Assembly: GCF_037013405.1 (NCBI RefSeq)
Contig: NZ_CP146064.1
Location: forward strand, 330,001 to 362,000
Length of the DNA stretch: 32,000 bases
Source: Candidatus Nanosynbacter sp. BB002
Lineage (GTDB): Bacteria > Patescibacteriota > Saccharimonadia > Saccharimonadales > Saccharimonadaceae
Direction: 5' to 3'
Below, one piece after another: positions 17,707 to 27,064 of this stretch. The notes under the pieces are model-generated. The model was given only the letters and a program-made list of their open reading frames with translations, had not been told where the DNA came from and ran no database searches. Position 1 is the first letter of the stretch, and every line of letters starts with the position of its first letter. The position numbers and the translations under genes are program-made.

Positions 17707-17791
17707 TGGTACCGGAAGTAGGACTCGAACCTACGAAGCCTTACGGCGGGAGATTTACAGTCTCCTGTGATTGCCACTACACGATTCCGGC
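17707..17791 (-). tRNA. tRNA-Tyr (anticodon GTA), long variable arm, 3' CCA encoded
   Basis: Acceptor gccggaa/ttccggt with G1-U72, anticodon stem ggaga/tctcc, loop ctGTAaa, 14-nt variable arm. Total length 85 nt. Confidence 0.93.
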
Positions 17792-17798
17792 GTGTGTT

Positions 17799-17875
17799 TG
17801 GAGCCGCTTCTCGGGCTCGAACCGAGGACCTACGGTTTACAAAACCGTTGCTCTAGCCAGCTGAGCTAAAGCGGC
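17799..17875 (-). tRNA. tRNA-Thr (anticodon TGT), 3' CCA encoded
   Basis: Acceptor gccgctt/aagcggc, anticodon stem acggt/accgt, loop ttTGTaa, T loop ttcgagc. Confidence 0.95.
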
Positions 17876-17913
17876 ACTGCTGTGATTATAGCAAAAAAAA
17901 ATAGGCTAAGCAA

Positions 17914-18582
17914 CTACATTACCAACTTTTTGGGCTGTTTTGGCTGACGGCGCTGACGCGGTACGGTGCCGTGGCTATCAGGTACCAACATGGCGGCAGC
18001 TTTTTTGCGCAACCCAGAGGCTAACTCTGCTTGCCCGTTGTTGTCATACGCCTCAGCCAGGACGGTGAGCGTCTGTGGAATTGGGTCAAGTTCAACTGCT
18101 TTTTCCAGTGCAGCGATCATCTTTTTGCCATTACCCATTTTCTCTTGGACCTTGGCGTAGGCGATGTAGCGCGCCGCCAAATCGTCCTCCATCTCTAGGG
18201 CTTGCTCAAAAGCCAATGCTGCCTTGGGATAATTCTTTGTTTCATAATAAATCAAGCCGACATTGTGCAGGCTAGAGGCGCTTGGTTCCAAACTCTGAGC
18301 GATTTCAAAACACTCGATGGCGTCTTTGTAGGCCTGCTGCTTGGCATACAAAATGCCCAAGCGGTTATAAGCGGTGGCGTTTTTCTCGTCGACACGCAAA
18401 ATCGTCAACAGCGCCTTCTCTGCCCTGAGATATTTGTTGTCGCGAATGGATTCTTGCGCAATAGCCCACAACTGATCTAATTTTTCAGAAATCTTGGCTG
18501 GAAAATCTGCAGAATTTTCTTCGGAAGGTTTGTAGGTGATCGCCCAAATGATAATTGCTAAAATGAATATCAAACTTAACAT
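17914..18582 (-). CDS. Membrane-anchored tetratricopeptide (TPR) repeat protein
   Basis: N-terminal TM helix followed by several TPR-like repeats (AYNRLGILYAKQQAYKDAIECFEIAQSLEP, etc.). Confidence 0.8.
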   Translation of the reverse strand: MLSLIFILAIIIWAITYKPSEENSADFPAKISEKLDQLWAIAQESIRDNKYLRAEKALLTILRVDEKNATAYNRLGILYAKQQAYKDAIECFEIAQSLEPSASSLHNVGLIYYETKNYPKAALAFEQALEMEDDLAARYIAYAKVQEKMGNGKKMIAALEKAVELDPIPQTLTVLAEAYDNNGQAELASGLRKKAAAMLVPDSHGTVPRQRRQPKQPKKLVM

Positions 18583-18592
18583 ATCTGCTTAA

Positions 18593-19408
18593 TTATAGCA
18601 CAATTCTCAATAAAGCGAGGCGTGTATTGCCATTTGCTAGGAGAGACTTCTCTGCTTGTAGTACTTTTTGGAGTAATTGATGCATGGCTGGCGGCTGGGT
18701 GGCGTGTTTTAGCTGGAAATGGATGAAGCGTAGGAGAATGTCAATGAGCTGCAGGGCGCTTGCTCGGTCGGTGTAGCGCAGGGCGCATTTCAGGGACGCG
18801 TAGGAGCTGGGATGTTCCAAAATGTGCTTGGCGTCAGCGGCGATGACTTGGCGCTCTGCCAGTTTCGTGGCGTCGTGGCTCAGTTCGGCGATGAGGAGCG
18901 GCAATCCAGCGGCGAGAAATGCTATTTGGCGCTTTTCTTGAGGCGTTAGGTTGGTATTTTCTAACAAGTTAGCGTCTTGGCTGGCGGTAGTGCGGTGGAG
19001 CGTCAGCTGCTGGCAGCGGGACTGGATGGTTGGGAGGAGGTCTGTGCTGGCAGTGGTGATCAAGAGAAAATGAGTGTTAGGGTTTGGCTCTTCAAGTGTT
19101 TTGAGCAGTGCGTTTTGTGCGGACTCGGTCATGAGGTTTGCCGGGTTGATGACGACAACGCGGCGGGCAGAGCTGTAGGTGCGTAGCATGGCCGTTAGGT
19201 CGCGGATTTGTTCGGTCGAGATGGTGTTTTTCTGCGGGAGCGGGTTGACGGTGAGGACGTCTGACTTGCAGTGATGTGCCAGGTGGCGGGCTACCCCTGC
19301 TCCGTCTAGGCCGGGTTCGGCAATGATCATCAATGATTGCGGCAAATGGTTTGCTAATTGCTCAACTGTGGCTTGGTCGTTGGTGGAGATGAGAGGCGTC
19401 TGACTCAT
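18593..19408 (-). CDS. holB: DNA polymerase III delta-prime subunit
   Basis: NALLKTLEEP and LPTIQSRC motifs with a degenerate Walker A. The start ATG overlaps the rluD stop (ATGA at 19405-19408). Confidence 0.8.
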   Translation of the reverse strand: MSQTPLISTNDQATVEQLANHLPQSLMIIAEPGLDGAGVARHLAHHCKSDVLTVNPLPQKNTISTEQIRDLTAMLRTYSSARRVVVINPANLMTESAQNALLKTLEEPNPNTHFLLITTASTDLLPTIQSRCQQLTLHRTTASQDANLLENTNLTPQEKRQIAFLAAGLPLLIAELSHDATKLAERQVIAADAKHILEHPSSYASLKCALRYTDRASALQLIDILLRFIHFQLKHATQPPAMHQLLQKVLQAEKSLLANGNTRLALLRIVL

Positions 19409-20577
19409 TGATCGTTTGGCTCTTTTATGTTTTGGGCGCAATTAGGAAATAGTTCGGTAAATACACTAGGAATAGCCGCTTCAAAGGTTTTTCGTTCACC
19501 TGATGGTAGCGTGATTTCCAGTTTGTGGGCGTGGAGCATCAGGCGGCTGGCGTTTGGTTTACCGTAGACGCGGTCACCGAGAATTGGTGTATTTAGGTGC
19601 GCCATATGGACGCGGAGTTGATGGGTGCGGCCGGTGGTGGGTTTGAGTTCAATGAGCGCCTGGTTATCAGTTGCTGTCAGTACGCGGTAGGTTGTTTGGG
19701 CGGGCTTGCCGTTCGGGTCGACGCGGAAGGTGCTGGGTGCGGCTGGGCTGCGACCAATCGGTAGGTCGATCTTTGCGGCGCTTAATTTTGGTACGCCGTC
19801 GGTCACTGCGAGGTAAGTTTTTTTGGTGGTGCGCTGGGCGAATTGCTTTTGTAGATGGGCGGCAGCGTCAGGATTTTTAGCGATAATCAGTATGCCTGAA
19901 GTGTCGCGGTCGAGTCGGTGGACGATGCCTGGCCGGTCGGTGTCCGAGGCAAACGAAGTCTTGGGACGAATAATTTCCGCTACCGTCGGCTCGGTCGATA
20001 GTCCACCTTTGGCGTGAGTCAGGAGTCCGCTTGGCTTGTTCACTACCATCACGTCATCATCTTCGTACAGTATCGGCAGTTCTGCACTGGCCTGCTCCTG
20101 CTCTGGTAGCTTGACGGCGATCTCGTCAGTCTCGTCGACCTCAAACTTTGGCGCTGTCACCACGCACTGGTTGACCGACACGTAGCCGGCTTTGATGTAT
20201 TTTTGCCAGAGGCTGCGCGAAATTGACGGATCAAATGCCGTGGACAAGTGGACGTCTAGGCGCTGCTTGGTCGGTACAATTCGAAACATCATGACAAACT
20301 TGCCCTGAAACGGTGTCTCGGTGAAGCTCGAGTCAAGCGGATTTGGCAACATCTCAGCGTTGGCAGGCCTATCAAGCCATAATTCGTCAATTGATTCCTC
20401 GTCAACGATCGAGCCGTACAGCACGGCGAAATGCTGCTTATTCAAAATAAATTCCGCTACGATGTGCGACTCGTCCGTCTGAATCTTCAGGTGGCGCAAG
20501 GCCTTGACGGGCGTGTTGTCGTCTGCCAGCTGGTACAATCTGGCGATCTTGAGGACGGTGCGCGGCGAAATTTTCAC
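19405..20577 (-). CDS. rluD: RluD-family 23S rRNA pseudouridine synthase with a ~100-aa N-terminal extension
   Basis: An S4-like segment begins near residue 105. Catalytic motif HRLDRDTSGILIIAKN. GTG start. Confidence 0.88.
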   Translation of the reverse strand: MKISPRTVLKIARLYQLADDNTPVKALRHLKIQTDESHIVAEFILNKQHFAVLYGSIVDEESIDELWLDRPANAEMLPNPLDSSFTETPFQGKFVMMFRIVPTKQRLDVHLSTAFDPSISRSLWQKYIKAGYVSVNQCVVTAPKFEVDETDEIAVKLPEQEQASAELPILYEDDDVMVVNKPSGLLTHAKGGLSTEPTVAEIIRPKTSFASDTDRPGIVHRLDRDTSGILIIAKNPDAAAHLQKQFAQRTTKKTYLAVTDGVPKLSAAKIDLPIGRSPAAPSTFRVDPNGKPAQTTYRVLTATDNQALIELKPTTGRTHQLRVHMAHLNTPILGDRVYGKPNASRLMLHAHKLEITLPSGERKTFEAAIPSVFTELFPNCAQNIKEPNDQ

Positions 20578-20587
20578 GCGAGCGTTC

Positions 20588-21634
20588 CTATCTCCGTAGC
20601 CCCACGGCTGTTTGGACGCGGTGCAAAGTTTCGTTAGCGACGAGGTTCATATCGTGCTCGCTGGATTCCAGCTTACTTTCAATTGCCTGCTCGTCAACTG
20701 CCGCCAGGTGCGCTTGGAAATTCGCCAAGAATTCCGCTACTTCATCGGCCACGATTCGCTTGAAATCTCCGTAGCGCTCCATGCCGGCGTATTCGCTAAT
20801 GGTCTGCTCCAAGCTGACGTCTCGTCCAGCGTCCTGGCGCACCAACGTCAAGATCTCTAGTAGATTAGCAATGCCCGGCTGGTTGTCGCGGTCGTACTGC
20901 ACCTTGCCTAGTGAGTCGGTGGTGGCACTCATGATTTTTTTGTGTGCTATCTGCGGCTCGTCGCCGAGGAAAATGATGCCCTTGCCGCTGTCGTTGGATT
21001 TGCTCATCTTTTTGGTCGGGTTCATCAGATCTTTAATCCTCAGGCCTTGGTCGTTGCCGAAGAATTGATGCTGCTGGGCGACTGGTTTGGGTACGACGAA
21101 CAGATTGCCAAATTTGCGGTTCATCCGCTCGGCAATGTCGCGGGTAAATTCTAGGTGCTGCGTCTGGTCGTCGCCAACTGGCACGTAGGTGGCGCCGTAG
21201 AGCAAGATGTCGGCGGCCATCAGGACTGGGTAGTTGAACAGGCCGACGGAAATCTGGTCACCGTGAAGCTTGTCGGATTTATCCTTAAACTGCGTCATCC
21301 GGCTCATCTCGCCAAACCCGGTGAAGCAGTCCAAAATCCACGCCAGCTCGCTGTGGGCTGGGACGCGACTTTGGCGGTACAGATGAATGGCTGGATTATC
21401 TAGCGGCAGCCCCGCGGCGGTATAAATCCGGGCGTTGTTGAGAATGCTGTCGTACAGTTTACTGTGGTCGATTGGCGTGGTGAAGCTATGTAGATCGGGG
21501 ATGAACAGATTGATATCAAAATCGGCCGAGCGGCGCTTCGCCATGTCGACAATCGGCAAAATGGCACCAAAATAATTGCCAATGTGAATATCGTTGTTGG
21601 CGCGCACGCCAGTGAGGATGACGGGTTTACTCAT
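20588..21634 (-). CDS. trpS: Tryptophan--tRNA ligase
   Basis: HIGH-type motif (IHIGNYFG), KMSKS, class Ic length. The start MSKPVILTG is fixed by promoter geometry. Confidence 0.95.
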   Translation of the reverse strand: MSKPVILTGVRANNDIHIGNYFGAILPIVDMAKRRSADFDINLFIPDLHSFTTPIDHSKLYDSILNNARIYTAAGLPLDNPAIHLYRQSRVPAHSELAWILDCFTGFGEMSRMTQFKDKSDKLHGDQISVGLFNYPVLMAADILLYGATYVPVGDDQTQHLEFTRDIAERMNRKFGNLFVVPKPVAQQHQFFGNDQGLRIKDLMNPTKKMSKSNDSGKGIIFLGDEPQIAHKKIMSATTDSLGKVQYDRDNQPGIANLLEILTLVRQDAGRDVSLEQTISEYAGMERYGDFKRIVADEVAEFLANFQAHLAAVDEQAIESKLESSEHDMNLVANETLHRVQTAVGLRR

Positions 21635-21640
21635 AGTCCT

Positions 21641-21649
21641 ATTATACCA
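21641..21649 (-). promoter_or_regulatory. Extended -10 TGGTATAAT, leaderless trpS promoter embedded in the end of the upstream gene
   Basis: The minus strand reads tggtataat-aggact-ATG, a 6-nt spacer. The hexamer overlaps the stop codon of the methyltransferase gene. Confidence 0.55.
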
Positions 21650-22610
21650 TTGATTCGGCGAGAGGTGCTTTACGAAATGCCGCAACAAAAAACGCCTCGG
21701 TCAAGGGGCCTGGCATCAGACGCAAGCACTCGCCTAAGTCATGCGTCAGGTCACGGTCGTTCCAGGACTGGACGGCGGGAACGCGATTTGGCAGCGGTGC
21801 GATGTCGATCGGTATGGGCTCAGCGTCAGGCTGACGGCGCAGCAACCAATCGACGACTGCTTCGTTCTCTTCTGGCGCCATGGTACAGGTACTGTAAACA
21901 AGTGTGCCGCCAGGTTTTAGCAGGCGCCAAGCTTCGAGGATGAGGCGCTTTTGTAGATCACTCAGTCTCCGGATATGCGCCACCGACCAGCTGTCAAACA
22001 ACGAGACGTCACGAGCGTTCAGGCTCATCAGCCCCTCGCCGGAACACGGAGCGTCGAGAAGGATTTTGTCAAAGGCCTCCAGCTGACGGCGGGAAATATG
22101 CCGAGCATCGGCTAGTGTGAACTCGGCCGGGGCGTTGAGCCGTTTGAGGTTGGCCTGGAGTTTCATCAGGCGCGGCTTGGAATTGTCATTGCACACCAGG
22201 TCGGCTTGACCAGCGGACATGGCTTGTATATGGCTGGATTTACCGCCGGGTGCAGCGCACAGGTCGAGGACGCGTTCACCCGCCGCAGGTGCAAGCGCTA
22301 ACACTGGTAGCCAGCTGGCGGCATTTTGGATGTAGCCACGTCCGCTGTCAGCCAGCTGCTGATAATCAGCGAGGTGCTCGGAGATAATTTCATAGCCATC
22401 CGGACACCAGGCAACCTGGCGGCTCAGCAATTCGGGGGCAACTTCCCCATCGACCAGCGGATTGAGGCGAAAACTCTGGGTGCGGGTTTGTGCTAGTTTC
22501 GCCTCGACCTCGGCGCGAGGTAGACCGCTCCACTTGCTAGTGCGATTGATCCAGAGCTCACGCTTTCTCTGGCGCTCCTGAACTGAGTCTTTACGCTTGG
22601 CCATAATCAT
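21642..22610 (-). CDS. RsmB/RsmF-like RNA cytosine-C5 methyltransferase (NOL1/NOP2/Sun family)
   Basis: SAM motif DLCAAPGGKS and the catalytic Cys motifs DAPCSGEG and STCT. Start at 22610 or 22604. The gene overlaps the end of the hydrolase gene. Confidence 0.85.
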   Translation of the reverse strand: MIMAKRKDSVQERQRKRELWINRTSKWSGLPRAEVEAKLAQTRTQSFRLNPLVDGEVAPELLSRQVAWCPDGYEIISEHLADYQQLADSGRGYIQNAASWLPVLALAPAAGERVLDLCAAPGGKSSHIQAMSAGQADLVCNDNSKPRLMKLQANLKRLNAPAEFTLADARHISRRQLEAFDKILLDAPCSGEGLMSLNARDVSLFDSWSVAHIRRLSDLQKRLILEAWRLLKPGGTLVYSTCTMAPEENEAVVDWLLRRQPDAEPIPIDIAPLPNRVPAVQSWNDRDLTHDLGECLRLMPGPLTEAFFVAAFRKAPLAESMV

Positions 22611-23412
22611 CCCCGGTGACGTGCCGATTAATGGCCTGGACGACAAATTGACCGTAGCGTCTGTCAATTTCATGACTTGCTAAGATTTTGGTGACGGCGA
22701 TGTGCTTTTGTTTTGCTAATTTTCGTAAGTTTTTATTGATGATGACTGGGTCGAATTGCCCGTAAAATATTTCGACTGGTATGGTCAATTCGGCAATTTC
22801 CGTCAGCGCTTTTTGGTTGACGATGGCCGCGTCTAAGGTGTCGAGAAAGATTTGTAAGTTTGACTCATCGACGAGAAAGCCAGGGTTGAATAATTTATAT
22901 TTCTTGGCAAAATCACTGGCGATTACCTTGCCGAGGGCTGGTTTATCAATGATTTTTTGGTATAGTGCGCGCAGTTGGCGTTCAGCCAAACGATCCTTGC
23001 CCTGTTGGTGATACAGCGGTGGGCTGCACAGGATGAGCGAATCGATCAATGAAGGATAATATCGGGCAGTGTGCACCGCCACGAGTGCCCCTAAGCTATG
23101 GCCAACCAAGATGATTCGTCCATCGACTTTCTGCTGCGCCAAGGTTGCGACTAGTGAATCAACCTGCGTTTTGACGTCATAGGTCTTCCAGTGCGGTCGC
23201 GGCGAATTGCCAAAACCCAGTAAGTCAATCGCCAGTACGCGAGTAGTTTTATCAATCCTACGGCGCCCTACGACTCGCTGCCACATCGCCGATGAACTTC
23301 CAATGCCATGAATTAAGACCACTGTAGCGCGAGGGTGTTTCGGCGCTTGAAAATCATGAACGTATAGTTTATACGGGACACGCAGCCAGCGATGGATAAG
23401 TCGGTCAAACAT
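22591..23412 (-). CDS. Alpha/beta-fold hydrolase
   Basis: HGIGSS oxyanion region and nucleophile elbow GHSLGA. 273 aa. Confidence 0.8.
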   Translation of the reverse strand: MFDRLIHRWLRVPYKLYVHDFQAPKHPRATVVLIHGIGSSSAMWQRVVGRRRIDKTTRVLAIDLLGFGNSPRPHWKTYDVKTQVDSLVATLAQQKVDGRIILVGHSLGALVAVHTARYYPSLIDSLILCSPPLYHQQGKDRLAERQLRALYQKIIDKPALGKVIASDFAKKYKLFNPGFLVDESNLQIFLDTLDAAIVNQKALTEIAELTIPVEIFYGQFDPVIINKNLRKLAKQKHIAVTKILASHEIDRRYGQFVVQAINRHVTGDDYGQA

Positions 23413-23418
23413 TATATC

Positions 23419-23424
23419 AGTATA
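23419..23424 (-). promoter_or_regulatory. -10 box TATACT 6 nt upstream of the hydrolase ATG
   Basis: The minus strand reads tagtatact-gatata-ATG. There is no TG extension. Confidence 0.4.
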
Positions 23425-23484
23425 CTATGAAAATACCCCGCCTGTACATGACGGAGTATTTTCGAGAATTGGTCTCTCCTCTGT

Positions 23485-23883
23485 TTAACGCTTGGAGAAT
23501 TGTTCGCGCTTGCGGGCAGAACGCAGACCGTATTTCTTGCGCTCTTTTTCGCGTGGGTCACGCTTGAGCAGCTCAGCCTTTTTCAAGACCGGGCGCAGAT
23601 CAGCGTGAGCAGCCGTCAATGCTTTGGCGATGCCAAGCTTGATGGCGTCAACTTGACCAGCGAGACCACCACCTTTGACCAAGATGGTAACATCGTATTC
23701 CTTTTGCTTGCTGACGACAGCTAGTGGGTCGGTTACTTCGGCGAGCAAGGTTTTGTTGCCATCCAAGTACTCAGCGGCTGCTTTGCCGTTGATGGTGATG
23801 GTACCTTTGCCAGGAAGCAAGCGAACACTTGCTGAGGCGCTTTTGCGTCGTCCCAAGCCGTAGAAATAGGTATCAGTAGCCAT
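23485..23883 (-). CDS. rpsI: 30S ribosomal protein S9
   Basis: YGLGRRKSASASVRL...GGGLAGQ...KKYGLRSARKREQFSKR is canonical S9. Confidence 0.95.
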   Translation of the reverse strand: MATDTYFYGLGRRKSASASVRLLPGKGTITINGKAAAEYLDGNKTLLAEVTDPLAVVSKQKEYDVTILVKGGGLAGQVDAIKLGIAKALTAAHADLRPVLKKAELLKRDPREKERKKYGLRSARKREQFSKR

Positions 23884-23884
23884 A

Positions 23885-24316
23885 TTACTTTACCTCAACT
23901 TTCTCTGGGGTTTGTGCTGTGTGAGCATGTTCGCTGCCGGCAAATACGCGCAGGCGCTTGAGGCGTTCTGCTTGCAATTTGTTCTTTGGCAACATACCTT
24001 TGACAGCTTCTTCAATAATTCGCTCTGGGTGGCGTTCACGCATTTCTTTGAACTGCGTTTCTTTGATACCGCCCGGGAAACCACTGTGACGGTAGTAGTA
24101 CTTGTCAGTTTCCTTGTAGCCAGTAACGACGGTGTTTGCAGCGTTGATAACCACGACGTAGTCGCCACCATCAACGTGCGGTGTATAGGTTGGCTTGTAT
24201 TTACCAGTCAAGTGCTTGGCGATTTCAGTTGCCAAACGACCGAGTGGTAACTCGCTTGCGTCAAACAATACCCAGCGGCGAGAAACGTCAGATGGTTTTT
24301 GTGAATACGTCTTCAT
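23885..24316 (-). CDS. rplM: 50S ribosomal protein L13
   Basis: MKTYSQKPSDVSRRWVLFDA...HTPHVDGGDYVVVINA is canonical L13. The track ORF's N-terminal extension is rejected. Confidence 0.95.
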   Translation of the reverse strand: MKTYSQKPSDVSRRWVLFDASELPLGRLATEIAKHLTGKYKPTYTPHVDGGDYVVVINAANTVVTGYKETDKYYYRHSGFPGGIKETQFKEMRERHPERIIEEAVKGMLPKNKLQAERLKRLRVFAGSEHAHTAQTPEKVEVK

Positions 24317-24317
24317 C

Positions 24318-24704
24318 TTATTTCTCCTCCTTTGGCATTGGTTTGATGTCGTCGACAAACTCGATGATTGCCATTTGCGCGCCGTCGCCAACACGTAGGC
24401 GGGTGCGCTCAACGCGAACGTGTCCACTGGTGCGGCCGCCGAGTTGTGGGGCAATTTCATCAACGAGCTTGTAAGCAGCAGCGCGGGTGCTGAGTGCTGC
24501 GATCACCTGGCGGCGGCTGGCTAGATCGCCCTTCTTCGCCTTGGTGATGATTTTTTCAATGTGGCGCTTCAGCTCTTTGGCTTTCGGCAAGGTGGTCTCG
24601 ATTTTGCCGTGCTCAACCAGGCTGGTTGCCAGACCCTTGAGCAAGGCTCGCCGTTGATCACGCTCACGGCCGAACTTGCGCCCTTGATATCCGTGTCTAT
24701 GCAT
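24318..24704 (-). CDS. rplQ: 50S ribosomal protein L17
   Basis: MHRHGYQGRKFGRERDQRRALLKGLATSLVEHGKIETT is canonical L17. Confidence 0.95.
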   Translation of the reverse strand: MHRHGYQGRKFGRERDQRRALLKGLATSLVEHGKIETTLPKAKELKRHIEKIITKAKKGDLASRRQVIAALSTRAAAYKLVDEIAPQLGGRTSGHVRVERTRLRVGDGAQMAIIEFVDDIKPMPKEEK

Positions 24705-24706
24705 AG

Positions 24707-25627
24707 TTAAAACTCCAACTCCGCCATCTTGTCGCGTACTTCATCCAGCGCCTTTGAGCCAAAGCCTTTCAATTCTCGCAAATCTTGCTCGGTCAAAGTC
24801 ACCAGGTCGCGAATCGTGCGGATTTCATTGTTAATCAGCGCGTTCGTCGTGCGGGCGCTTAGGTTTAATTCTTCGATGGATGTGTCCAATTCAGCCTCAC
24901 TGTCTTCAGTGGTTGTACCAAGTGCAGGTGCACTCACGACAGTGGTGCTACCAGCCAAGGCTGTGTATTGATTGACCAAAATAGCTGCAGCCTCTTCAAA
25001 TGCCTCACGTGGCGTCATGGTGCCGTCAGTCTCAATCGTCATGGTCAATTTGTCCAGGTCAGTTTCGTCACCAACACGAGTTGGGTCAACCTTGTAACGC
25101 ACGCGCAAAACTGGAGTAAAGACTGCGTCTAGAGCGATCATGTCTGAGTGCAGACGTGATTCGCTGGAGTCTTCAATCGTCTGGTAACCGCGACCAGCTT
25201 CTGCCACCAAGTCCATGATGACCGTTTTCTTTGGATCATCAACGGTAGCGATGATGTGGTCTGGGTTAACAACTTCTACTTCGCCGTTTGCTTGGATATC
25301 GCCAGCGGTGATAACACCACCAGTTTTCTCCAGACGCAACTCAACTGGCTCGTCAGTGTGAACGCGGAGTCGCACACCCTTCAAGTTCAGCATGATGTCA
25401 ACGACATCTTCTTTGATACCCTCGACGGTGGTAAACTCGTGTGTCGCACCCTCGATGCGGAAGGCGACGATTGCGCCACCGCGGATGCTTGAAAGCAAGA
25501 CGCGGCGCATTGAGTTACCCAACGTGTTGCCGTAGCCTGAGTGGAGCGGTTCAATCAGAAAGGTTGCACTGGTGTCAGAAACATCTTCGATGCTTGCCAG
25601 AGCTGGATTATAAATTGCTTTTGCCAT
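24707..25627 (-). CDS. rpoA: DNA-directed RNA polymerase alpha subunit
   Basis: An N-terminal dimerisation domain (GYGNTLGNSMRRVLLSS) and a C-terminal domain (LNLSARTTNALINNEIRTIRDL). Confidence 0.95.
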   Translation of the reverse strand: MAKAIYNPALASIEDVSDTSATFLIEPLHSGYGNTLGNSMRRVLLSSIRGGAIVAFRIEGATHEFTTVEGIKEDVVDIMLNLKGVRLRVHTDEPVELRLEKTGGVITAGDIQANGEVEVVNPDHIIATVDDPKKTVIMDLVAEAGRGYQTIEDSSESRLHSDMIALDAVFTPVLRVRYKVDPTRVGDETDLDKLTMTIETDGTMTPREAFEEAAAILVNQYTALAGSTTVVSAPALGTTTEDSEAELDTSIEELNLSARTTNALINNEIRTIRDLVTLTEQDLRELKGFGSKALDEVRDKMAELEF

Positions 25628-25647
25628 ACTTTTCCCTAACCCTTCTT

Positions 25648-26268
25648 TTATCGTGAGTAAAACTCAACAATTAATTGCTCGTTGATATCAGCTTCTGCTT
25701 CTTCACGCTTTGGCTGTCCAGTGATCTCAATTTTCAATTTCTTGACATCACTCTTCATCCAGCTGAGCGGACCTTGAATTGAGTTGCTGACAACGTCGTC
25801 GATGTGCGTAAAGTATACTGACTTGGTACTCTTTGGACGTACTTCGATCACATCGCCTGCTTTGACGCGAATTGATGGAATATCAACACGACGACCGTTT
25901 AGTAGGAAGTGACCGTGTCCAACCAACTGGCGAGCAGCGCGGCGACTGGTTGCAAAACCAGCACGGTACACAACGTTGTCCAGGCGGCGTTCCAGCAGCT
26001 TCAACAGGTTCTCGCCTGCCAGACCTTCTTGGGCGCGTGTGGCCTCGTCCATCAGCCGAGCAAATTGCTTTTCAACCAAACCGTACAAGCGGCGAACTTT
26101 TTGCTTTTCGCGCAGCTGTGTAGCGTACAGACTTGGTTTGTTGTGTCGGCTGTGTGCGTGCTGACCTGGGATGCCAGATTTTCGTGCCAAAACTTTATGT
26201 GCTTTTGGATGAAGCGCATAACCTTCGCGGCGGCTTTGCTTGACAATCGGTGAATTATCTCGTGCCAT
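25648..26268 (-). CDS. rpsD: 30S ribosomal protein S4
   Basis: MARDNSPIVKQSRREG, YGLVEKQF, and the S4 domain RLDNVVYRAGFATSRRAARQLV. Confidence 0.95.
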   Translation of the reverse strand: MARDNSPIVKQSRREGYALHPKAHKVLARKSGIPGQHAHSRHNKPSLYATQLREKQKVRRLYGLVEKQFARLMDEATRAQEGLAGENLLKLLERRLDNVVYRAGFATSRRAARQLVGHGHFLLNGRRVDIPSIRVKAGDVIEVRPKSTKSVYFTHIDDVVSNSIQGPLSWMKSDVKKLKIEITGQPKREEAEADINEQLIVEFYSR

Positions 26269-26270
26269 AA

Positions 26271-26660
26271 TTATGCCCTCCGTGCCTTTCGTGGACGAAC
26301 ACCGCCGTGAGGCACGCCAGTTACGTCCTTAATGCTTTCTACTGAGATGTCGAAAGCGCCAACCGCACGAATAGCGGCGTCACGGCCCAAACCGACACCT
26401 TTGACGAAAACGTCAACTGATTTCAAACCATACTGCGTTTTCGCAGCTTCAGCAGCTTTTTCAGCAGCAACCTGTGAAGCATAGGCGGTGCCTTTTTTGC
26501 TACCACGGAAACCACATGCACCAGCTGATGAAGCGGTCAACACGTTACCCTTCTTGTCAGAAAAGGTAACGATGGTATTGTTAAATGTTGCTTGAATATG
26601 CAGCTGACCAGCTGGGACTGATCGGCGCTGCTTCTTCTTGGTAGATTTTGCGTCTGCCAT
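26271..26660 (-). CDS. rpsK: 30S ribosomal protein S11
   Basis: HIQATFNNTIVTFSD...GSKKGTAYA...DVTGVPHGGVRPRKARR is canonical S11. Confidence 0.95.
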   Translation of the reverse strand: MADAKSTKKKQRRSVPAGQLHIQATFNNTIVTFSDKKGNVLTASSAGACGFRGSKKGTAYASQVAAEKAAEAAKTQYGLKSVDVFVKGVGLGRDAAIRAVGAFDISVESIKDVTGVPHGGVRPRKARRA

Positions 26661-26675
26661 TTCTTAGTCCTTTCT

Positions 26676-27062
26676 TTAGGTCTTACTTGCTGCTTTTGGT
26701 TGTGTACCGCCCACGGCGATGGCGCGACCCTTGCGAGTTCGTGCATTCGTACGAGTCCGCTGTCCGCGTGTCGGCAGTCCTGCTTTGTGGCGAAGACCGC
26801 GATAGGCGTTGATATCCTTCAAGCGCTTAATGTTGTTAGTTACCAAGCGCTGGAGATCACCTTCGACGGTGTATTCGCTGTCGATAATTTCGCGAATCTT
26901 GTTTTCTTCAGCCTCGGTGAGATCTTTCACCCGAGTGGTCGGCTCAATCTTAGCCGCCGCAAGGATGCTCGAAGCGTGCTTTGGCCCAATCCCATAAATA
27001 TAGGTGAGCGCGATTTGCACTTGCTTCTCTGTTGGGATAACTACCCCAGCAATTCGAGCCAT
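26676..27062 (-). CDS. rpsM: 30S ribosomal protein S13
   Basis: [26 protein letters not shown]...[25 protein letters not shown] is canonical S13. Confidence 0.95.
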   Translation of the reverse strand: MARIAGVVIPTEKQVQIALTYIYGIGPKHASSILAAAKIEPTTRVKDLTEAEENKIREIIDSEYTVEGDLQRLVTNNIKRLKDINAYRGLRHKAGLPTRGQRTRTNARTRKGRAIAVGGTQPKAASKT

Positions 27063-27064
27063 GC

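Noticed and set aside
21642-22673. Long N-terminal version of the methyltransferase ORF starting at 22673
   Set aside because: That start would overlap the hydrolase gene by 83 nt. Met codons at 22610 and 22604 give a short overlap and an MAKRK-type N-terminus. The exact start remains uncertain.
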